Shown here: one piece after another, positions 54,771 to 64,000 of the stretch
How positions within the stretch are numbered: the stretch's first letter is position 1
How the letters are laid out: each line of letters begins with the position of its first letter
Origin: the human T2T-CHM13v2.0 reference genome, Homo sapiens
Strand: one strand, 5' to 3'
Length of the DNA stretch: 64,000 nucleotides
Assembly: GCF_009914755.1 (NCBI RefSeq)
Contig: NC_060937.1
Notes under the pieces: generated by a model
Databases searched by the model: none
Told to the model about the DNA's origin: nothing
What the model saw: only the letters and a program-made list of their open reading frames with translations
Program-made: the position numbers and the translations under genes

Positions 54771-57399
54771 TGAAGAATGAATACTCTTGTCTTTGTGTTC
54801 AAATTAGAGTGTTAGTGATGAGTTTGGATTCCTAGATCTTTTATAATTTCTGATGTGTGTACTATGTCAGGGGCCGACATGAAGAAAATCAAAGAAATAA
54901 ATGGCCAGTTTTCTCAGTTTGGCATACTGTACACAATTTCTTAAAGTAGATTAATGTATATAATTTATACTTATGCTGAGAACCTTGAAAAAGAAAAAAT
55001 GTAACAAGCTTTTACAGCCTTAGCAATTTTTATTCCTTTCTACTTCTCTTCCTCATATGTCATCTTACCTTGGAAATCAATAAAAAGGATTCTCTTTTAA
55101 ATCCATTTATGTTCAGATTCAACTCAGAATTCAACAAGTGCTTCAAAAAGACAAACTAACCTAGTTCTCCGTACCCTGGGAATTTGCTCTGCTGGATATA
55201 GATGCCATTTTAGATTCTTGTGTGTCCCAAAGCTTATTTCTGAACATAGTTTCTCTTTTTAATACAATCTCCATCTTTCTTCTCTTATCCTTGCTGACAT
55301 TTCATTTCAATCAGGGTTGAGACCTCGCCTTCAATCTTTTTGAATCGACTTTTGATGGATACAGGTGGTTTGTTAACAGCAGCAGCACCTATTAGAGCAG
55401 TGGTGTCTGTCGGTCTTTGATTTTCTCCCTACAGGTCGTTGTTTATCTTATTCCTGTCTATTTTAGAAACTTCAATGGATTTTAAAAATATATTTAAAAG
55501 CCAATTTACCATTTTGAAAGTGATCATTTTCTTTTATTGTTGTTTTTGTTATATCCAAGGACATAGTGTTGTACTTTGATGGAAGTTTTCCTGCTTTGTT
55601 ATCTACTAACATCATCAGAGAAATAAAGAAGAATGTTCTCAGTATGTAAGCTATATCCTGAAAATGTGTTTAAGTTTTTGGAAGTTTCCCTATTCTTTAA
55701 GTTCAATAATGAAACTTCTGATAAGTAAATGCTTCACTTAACTGTTTTTTAAGGAAAGAATTATATTTAAAATGATAGGTTTCAATATGTTGTTTTGTCT
55801 GACATTATAGAATAGATGAATTAATGAATTTTAAACTTTTCTCAATTTAGAAACATTGAAGTCTGTATTTCATGAAATAATGCTAATTTTTCCTATATAG
55901 ACAAAATAAGAAAATCATAAATCTCCTGAATTTAAGAACAAATTCCAGGGCTATTTTGCTACATAAAATTAGTGCAAAAGAACAGGATATAATCTCATAA
56001 TAAAGATTGGACTATATTCACCTGAGTAATTAATCCTAGATTGAATGGCCATGAGCTGTGAAAGAGGCCTTGAGCTCACAAGTATTTGCTTGAAAATTGT
56101 AATTAAAGAGAGGGCAAGAAAACCGAACAGGCAAAAGCTTAGACAGTTTTTGCTGATAACAGTGGAGGTACAAATTTTTGTGGGTTGTAACATGGGAAGA
56201 TTGGTTGGATTAAAGCAGGTATCACATCTTGAGTTGTAATTTGAAAGAATACTCACAGATTGATGAAATCTGATTAATTTAAGAGATAAGCAAGTTCAGT
56301 TTGCTTATCAGCCAACAGAGCTCCTGGGTTTTGTTATTTTTAATATAATCACCAAGCATTGAAATGCAAAAAAATACTGAAGCATCCAGAACAGAGAACT
56401 GAGGGAGTATAAAATGAAAGTAAAACAAGGAGATTATAATTTATTTTTAAAGTACTTTTCATCTATTCTTATAATCATATTATATAATTTTCTAAGAAAT
56501 GTTCACAGTTCTTAAATAACACCTCAAAGCAATGTAAAAATATTAACTAATAAGCAAGGAAATAATGAAATTACTGATCATATGAAGAAAATTCTCCATA
56601 TTAATATATAACATTATTTCATAGAACTCAAGTAAAGCCCACCTTGAAAAAAAGTAGTATATAATAAAAAAGTGACCTGTTAGTATTTAATTATGCTAAG
56701 CCAAGTAAATGAAATAAAAATATGTTAAAAATGCAATTTAAAGTGATAGGAGAAATTTGGAATACTCAAAGGCACACACGTACACTTATTACACAATAAT
56801 GCTGTATAGGTATAAAAACAGGTCTTAAAACTAAGATAATTGAAAACAGAGTGCAGCATGTATTTATGTACATATGTCTAGAAATGTTCATGAGTAGTTT
56901 TATAAGTAAAATGACACAAACGACATTGTATATGAGATATATGTTGTAGAGTTTCCCAGAATTCAATGGCAATGGAACTTCATTTTGATGAAACCGCCCA
57001 TATCTAGTGTTCTATGTAATACATTACAGGAAACACTAATTCAGGAATTGTTTGAATGGAAAGCCTGCCATTTGCTATGAAATAATTTTGTTTACTAGCT
57101 GCAAATTAAGCAAATGCCAGAGGTTATTGGAAAAGACATTAATGTTCAAATCCTTTACTAATATAGCACTTGGGGGAAATACAGTCTTTCTCTAAGGCAG
57201 AAAATGGAGCATACAACAAATATTTCCTTTTATATAACTGAAAATATATTATTATCTTTGAACACATTATGGCTTATAATTCAATTCTAAAGGTGGTAAA
57301 AGAAAAATTTCAATAGAATTCAAATACTTATTTAAAATATTACTTGTCTAGTATTACTGCAGTAAACTAAGAAAAACTTAAAATTAGAAAATAATTCAA

Positions 57400-58600
57400 A
57401 ATAAACTTTTTATATTAGGAATCATTATAAAAAACAATAAGAGAATTAACCTCCATTTATCAAGATAAACATTTAAATACAGTGGTATTGGAAGTGGAAT
57501 TAGCAAATGAATTAATGCAGGAAAGATAGTACAGATGGGTATTAATGGAAATTTTTTAATATTAAAATTGTGGCATTTCAAATTGATGTACTTAACTAAT
57601 GTACTGGTATAATTGACTGGCCATATGAACTTTATACTAAAAAATATCAACCCCTCTAAAACTACATTAATAATTAAATGCTAGAAAATTTAAAATTCTA
57701 AATCTTAAAATTGAAACAATGAAGAAATACCAAATAAAATAGAACATATTTGCATATCCTCAGAGTGGAGATGATATTCCTAAAAAAATTAGATCCAAAA
57801 AAAGCACTAAAATTATTTGGTGTTTTTATATATTACAACTTAATGACTTGAAACTTTTAATCCTCAAAATGTTAAAAAAAAAACAGGTGGTAGATTCAAA
57901 AGAAACACAGTATTTATAACATGTATACAAAGATAAATATGCAGACTATATATATAACACTTCTACAAATCAATATAATAATAATATTAAAATGGCAATA
58001 GTAATTAAAGAAAAAATATCTGAACAAGTGATTCACAGGAGAATTAAAAATAGTCTAAAGAAGCATGAGAATACAATTAACTTTAAAACAATCTAGGAAA
58101 AAGCAAATGAATCACAATAATCGAAATATTAAATTATTTCACTATAAAACTATTTGGCAAAGGACACACTCAAATGGTGCTGCTAGGTGTGCAAATAATT
58201 ACAGATTGTCAAAGGCAATTTTGATTGTCACTTCCACTTCTAGTATTGTATTATACAAAATAGTTTAGATATGATCAAAGTATATGCACAAAAATATTAT
58301 AATTATATATGCAGTCATAAAAATTATTTATATTATTGAAGATATTCTATTAAATGTAAAAACAAGTCACAAGTTTATAGTATGATTCCTTATTTATATG
58401 TACATTTTTAAATTAACAACAAAAATAAAAAGTATGAGAATATATATACATAGCTGTAAATACTACCTTCCTTTGCTGATAAGAGTGGTTATATATAGTG
58501 AAGAAAGACTTTTGATTATCATAGTCTACATTTAGATATTACTTAAAGTTCACATAATGAGTTTCTCTTTATTTCAATACTTTTTAATGTAAAGAAATAA
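57400..58600 (+). mobile_element. Very old L1M (L1ME-like) 3' remnant
   Basis: A-rich sense-strand L1 phrases such as ATCTGAACAAGTGATTCACAGGAGAA and GTTTATAGTATGATTCC. Boundaries approximate. Confidence 0.5.
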
Positions 58601-60633
58601 AAAGACATTTTGCAATTTATAGTTATAGAGGTATTTGTTACTTATACCCTAGCCTGTTGCCTCTAGCATATTTCAGATAACTTCAATCATATAGGAAAAC
58701 AGAGAGACTTTTTTCATACCAAATTCTCAATTTCAGCATTATATCTTTTGCTTGTGTGAAATCCTTATTTGTTTTACTTCCCAAATTCTCTAATTTTAAA
58801 TTGTTATAGATGTTTCCAGAATTATAAGATAGGATGATATAAGTTACTTAAATACTACTAAGGAGGAACACAGACATAAAATATTATTTTACTATATTAT
58901 CCAGATTTAGCAAGTAATTTCAGGAAGTGTATCTAAGTTAATTGTATTAAACTCTCCTGTACTGGTCACATACTGTCCAAAAACATTCCTTATATATATT
59001 TTTTTTATGAGGACTGTAGCGAATCACGAAAAGAGCAGAGTGCTTTTTTGATAAAGAACTTTATGTTTTTTCTCCTACTCTCAGCTACAAAATGGTGGTT
59101 TAATTAAGAGGCAGGCTGGAGGGATTGCTGTGTAGAGAGAGGAAAGCAGAGAGCTTCCAGAGAATAAAAATCGTTTGTGTCCTAAACACATTTTGTCCTA
59201 GAGCAAAATTATATCTTTACTTGTTTTTGGCAGATAATCAACCTTATTCCCTAACTTTTGTTGCTATAAGTGCAGCAGGTGTACAGATGGATACCTGGGA
59301 TGATTTGATAGACTCAGAGTTTAGGAAGAACAGGCAGCTGCTCTGAGCCACACTCACAGCAGGAGAGGAGTTAAGGGGAGACAACAATGACTGCACGGGG
59401 TCTTCTTTCTTGGCAAAAAACCTGTTATCTGGCATGAAAGAAGCAATTTCAATATGCTGGTTGATGATTCTACAATGGGGACATGTACTTAGTTACAGAG
59501 GTGGGCTTTATCCAATAGATTCCCAGAGTCCTTGATACTGGTTTTTCGATGGACACACATTTGTTCAAGAAGTTTTGGACCTCTCAGGATTGCACTGGAA
59601 ATCTTCAATTATCTCCCTTGAAATCAGAGTGGCAATGTGAAGATCAGTTAAGTAGGAAACGCTTTTGTACAAAAAGCAAATAACAATTTAATCATTCTTA
59701 ATTTTCTGTGTATGGTACTGACTTTGACATAATGAAAATCAAGGTAAGTTTTACCATTGTTCTCATTTTTAATTGTAGCTGCTCTTTGGCATTATTTTTC
59801 TAAACACTGTAAACAACATTAGGAAAATTGTATTTTAGAAAGAAACAAAATTTACTTAGTGCAGGATGTAAAAAGGAAAAGATACAAAAAGATATGTGCT
59901 AAAAGCTTTTTATCATAGTTAAGGCTTTCCAAAGTCATAGTGACTTAGTTCAAGTCTCAGAATTTCAAAGTGCACCTAATAATAAAAGTAAGGAATTTGT
60001 ATATAAACATTAAACTATTTAAGGAAAAAGAAAGAAATGCATTATATATTGAAATGATATGATAAAACTCAAATTATTTTAATCAAAATAAACATATCTT
60101 ATATAAACTATTAAACCAACAGTCTTATCACCATCAAAACCACCATTGTCAAGATCGTCAAATCTTCAGCCTCTCAGTTCTGTTGGTTTATTCTCAATCC
60201 TCTTCTTGACTTCTTATTCAAGGCAATTGTCAGAGTTCATTTCTCTTTTCTGAAAAGTTAATAAAAGCAGGTGGAGTGTGAGAATGGAAGGATATGTGTC
60301 AAAACATGGAGAAACAACACAAAAGAAAGTTTCTTTTTTTCTCTCCTCTCAGTTTCTTATCACTTTGGCCTGAGGGCAGGGTCCAGTCAAGGGCTGGATG
60401 GCAGAGCATTGGTGTGGGCAGCTAAGTGTCTGAAAGAATCTGATCTTCTTGGCCAGAGGTATCAGGAAATGTACACTGTGAGGCCTAGAGATGATGAGGA
60501 AAATCTCAAAGAGACAGCTAAATGATAATTCCTCGTTTTATGTATGATCCTTGACACATCTTATGCTCACCTCTGACTACACAAGGGACAGAACCAAAGT
60601 AGCATAGCAGAAGGTTTTAGATCTGAACTGAGA

Positions 60634-60899
60634 TTTTTTTTTGGAGGGGGGTAGCTGTACCATTTTATTTATTTATTTATTTATTTATCTATCTATCTTC
60701 AGCATTTATTTTAAGTTCTGAGGTACATGTGCGGGACGTGCAGATTTGTTACACAGGTAAACATGTGCCATGGTGGTTTGCTGCACAGATCAACCCATCA
60801 CCTAGGTTTTAAGCCCAGCATCCATTAGCTGTTCTTCCTCATTCTCTCCCTCCCCACCTGCCCCGCAGGCCCCAGTGTGTGTTGTTCCCCCACCCCCAC
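60634..60899 (-). mobile_element. L1PA10/11-like 3' UTR fragment with a short 3' transduction
   Basis: GCTGCACAGATCAACCCATCACCTAGG..AAGCCCAGCATCCATTAGCT. TSD ACTGAGATTTT at 60627-60637 and 60900-60910. Confidence 0.88.
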
Positions 60900-61479
60900 A
60901 CTGAGATTTTAGCCACCACCCAAGTCTGAGAAAAATTTTGGAATGGAGCTTGTGTTTTTCAGATGCAAGGCAGCCTAACTAAGGATTGATAGCAATCATT
61001 TCTCACAGAAGGCATGAGTGAATTCGCAATTTGAAGGTAAATTGGATGATTCTCTGCCAAAACAAGTGAAGAAACATAACCAAAACAAAACCAACATTTT
61101 TGTACATGATTGTGACAGGATCCAGATTCTATATAATTTCGTATTTGAAATGTCAGGAAACAATCTAAAGTGTTTTGACATACAAAGAACCAGAAAAATG
61201 TAGGCATCCATGCACTCATATACTCACCCTCAGTATATGTGTAAAGCAGTTTCAGAATTTTTAGGCTCTACTCTCAGGAGAAACAAACTTACCAACTAGA
61301 ATATAGTGTTTATATACAGTGTACTTTTATATTTAGCCTTGGAGTTTCTAGTCAAAACACTGTTTTCCAGAATTAGTCAACTTAGCTCATTTTTTTCCTA
61401 CTCTGTTCAGTGTGATTATGTCATGAGTTTGTAATAAAATCAGATTCATTTGTTGCAGTCTACAGAAACAGCACAATCA

Positions 61480-63155
61480 ATTCTAAAGAAAAAGTATAAT
61501 CAACAGATGTCAATCCTCAGATGACTCAAATGTTAGAATTACTTGGAAATTATTTAATGGAGCTATCATAACTGAATTAAAGATAATTACAAATAAAATG
61601 AACAAAAAGATATATATTCTTGGCAGAGAAATAGAAATTATGAAATTAAATATCTAAAATACAAATTTTATTTGATGATGAATAGAAATTATAAAGAAAA
61701 GAACCAGTGAGCTTTCAGATAGGTCAACAGAAGACAACAAATCAGATGAATGAACAAAGAGAATCAATTATTGAAAAGCTATAAACAGAGTCTTGGTACT
61801 TATGGGAAATTTTCAAAATTATTAAAGTTTGAGTCATTAGAGTTCTAGGAAGATAGGAGAAAAAGTCTGGGGTAGAAATATACATTTGTGGAAATAATGA
61901 TGGTAATCTTCCCAAATGTGGTAAAAGACATAAATTTAGATACAAGTATGTCAAGAAGTAAACATCAAATAAGATGAACTACAAATAAACCTTGCCCAGA
62001 CTCATCACAGTCAAACTTCTGAAAACCAAATGTTTTATATATATGTATATTAATAATATATAACATATAATAATATATTATATGTTATATATATGCTAGA
62101 AAATAATAGACTGTAAATACGGGAATAATAATTTGTTAACTGTGGATTTCTCATCAGAAATCAAAGACCAGGAGACAGGTGAATGATGATTTCACCTGCT
62201 GAAAAGAAAACACCTCCTAAGCTAGAATTTGATATTATCTATACCTATATCATATATATCTATATCATCATATATATATCATTCATTCAAAATGAAGTAA
62301 AATAAATTCATTGCTAAATAAGACAAAATAAAATAATTTGTTGTTAAAGCCCTGCTCTAAAAGAAATACTGAAGAAAGTTCTTAAAATTAGAGAAAAATA
62401 ACAGAGAGAACCTTGGTACAGGAAGAACAACAGAACTGGTAAATCATTACGCATAAAAGAGTAGTTTTTATCTTACATTATTTAAAATAAATAAAACTTT
62501 ATTCACAGGAGGACATGACTGTTCACCTAGAAAATCCCAATAAATTTTCAAAATATCTACTAAAATTATTAAGTTTAGCAAGAATGGAGAACACAAGGTC
62601 AAAGTAAAGTAATAAGTTGTATTTTTAGTTATTTTATTTGGATATTGTGTATTTGGATTTTTCCATGTACTATTTATAATAACAATAAAATACATGAAAT
62701 ATTTAAGTACCAATTTAAAAAATGCATGTAGGAACTACATACTATAAAGTATAAATCACTAATGAAAACAAGTAACTAAGATCTGAGTAACTGGAAATAT
62801 ACACCATGCTTGTCCATTGAAAAATTACATATTGTTAGGATATCAATTTTGCCACATAGATCTTTAGATTTAATGTAATCCCAATCAAAATTCTATTAGG
62901 ACTTTATATCAAAATTAACAAACTATTCTAAAATTCATATGGAGGTTCATTGGAACCAGACTAGGCAAAATAAACCAAAAAATAAAATTGTGGAAAACAT
63001 AATACCTAATTTCAAGACTTATGATAAAGTTACAGTAATGAAGACAGCACATATTGATGAAAAACTGCTAAATCCAAGGTATGTAAGAAAGAGTCCAGAA
63101 ACAGAACTGCAGATATATGGGTAATTGATTCTCAAGAAAGGTGCAAATGCAAATC
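61480..63155 (+). mobile_element. Old L1M ORF1 and ORF2 remnants
   Basis: CCCAGACTCATCACAGTCAAACTTCTGAAAACCAAA and GGATTTCTCATCAGAAA (ORF1); ACATGACTGTTCACCTAGAAAATCCC and peptide IPNFKTYDKVTVMKTA (ORF2). Sequence at 60.25-60.95 kb may be its 5' part. Confidence 0.75.
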
Positions 63156-63179
63156 GAATTATCTTCAATTCAATGAAGT

Positions 63180-64000
63180 TGGGACTGTCTCATCTTTCAT
63201 GGTAGAAACAAAGATTTCTCTTTTCTGAAAAAGACATTTAGTCTGGACATGAATTCCTTTTTGCAATCTGCAATACTTTTTTTCAGTACACCATCAGTGG
63301 ATTCATGGGGTGACATCTTTAATATCACAGAACACATACAAAATATCTTCTGACCAGGAAATTCACTTAAAGTGATTGAAGTGTGGCAATAGGCTTAATT
63401 CCACCAAATATATTCATGGTGTTATAATATTCATTATCCTACAGCTTACCTAAACAAAATGGAACAACGGAATGGCTACTAGAAACTCAGTTACCCTTGA
63501 GCCCAAGAGTTTGAGACAGCCTGGGCAACATGGTGAAACCCCCTGTCCACTAAAACAATACAAAAATTAGCTGGGCCTGGTGCTGCACCTCTGTAGTCCC
63601 AGCTGGAGGGAGAGGGCGCTGAGGTGGGAGGATCACCTAAGCCCGGGAGGTTGAGACTGCAGCTATGACTCCACTATCAGTTATGACACTAACTGGGTGA
63701 CAACATTTGTTAAGCTAGTGGTTTTCTTCAAATTGTAAGATGCTCCAAATTTGCGATCAGCATGTGGCATCATTTCTCCCATAACCAGAATTTATAAGCC
63801 AACGTGTGGAAATATTTGTTTCCCATCTCTGCATATTCAGGCTTTTCTGATTCTCAAAGAAACATGCTTTCACTAGGTGACCCAACACAAATTACATTGA
63901 ATCGGAAGGAGATTGCCCCTTGGCCATTTTAGAACAGACAGGCACATAAGGAATCTAATGTACTAGCTGGTATGACAGATCCTGATTATCCAGGTTATAG
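63180..64000 (+). mobile_element. ERVL internal region (integrase to dUTPase-like), heavily decayed
   Basis: TCTGACCAGGAAATTCACTT (SDQGTHF-like), GAACAACGGAATGGCTACTAG (ERWNGLL-like), CCCCTTGGCCATTTT (PPGHF-like) and GCTGGTATGACAGATCCTGATTATC (AGVIDPDY-like), in the expected order. Confidence 0.75.
63496..63675 (+). mobile_element. AluJ internal fragment lacking both the 5' end and the A-tail
   Basis: CTTGAGCCCAAGAGTTTGAGAC..GCTGAGGTGGGAGGATCACCTAAGCCCGGGAGGTTGAGACTGCAG carries AluJ diagnostics. Confidence 0.85.

Noticed and set aside
55285-55430. Minus-strand open frame GENQRPTDTTALIGAAAVNKPP...
   Set aside because: Under 50 codons, with no start codon, no good acceptor and no recognisable homology.

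Overview
This window is primate (almost certainly human or great-ape) nuclear DNA, not prokaryotic. It is AT-rich and CpG-poor, typical of a long intron or gene desert. I find no credible cellular protein-coding gene, tRNA, rRNA, CRISPR array or operon. Nearly every ORF in the supplied track is either LINE-1/Alu-derived or a chance ORF. Much of the window is layered transposon fossils: about 12 Alu/FLAM copies, a near-full-length L1PA5-like element, 3' fragments of L1PA4, L1PA8 and L1PA10, old L1M copies, MER4, MER51-like, MLT1 and MLT2 LTRs, an ERVL internal remnant, Tigger4b, MER58A, MIR and L2. The best-supported oddities are: (1) the L1PA5-like element has an in-frame, microhomology-flanked deletion of the reverse-transcriptase core but keeps an open, extended antisense ORF0 with both splice donors; (2) a short L1 3' transduction at about 60.6 kb; (3) a closely spaced inverted Alu pair at 46.3-47.0 kb. 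More speculative are three same-strand candidate non-coding exons at 31-35 kb and a few enhancer-like motif clusters. I could not identify the locus. Subfamily names come from recalled diagnostic motifs, not a Dfam run, and old-repeat boundaries are approximate. I see no evidence for a wholly new biological system.
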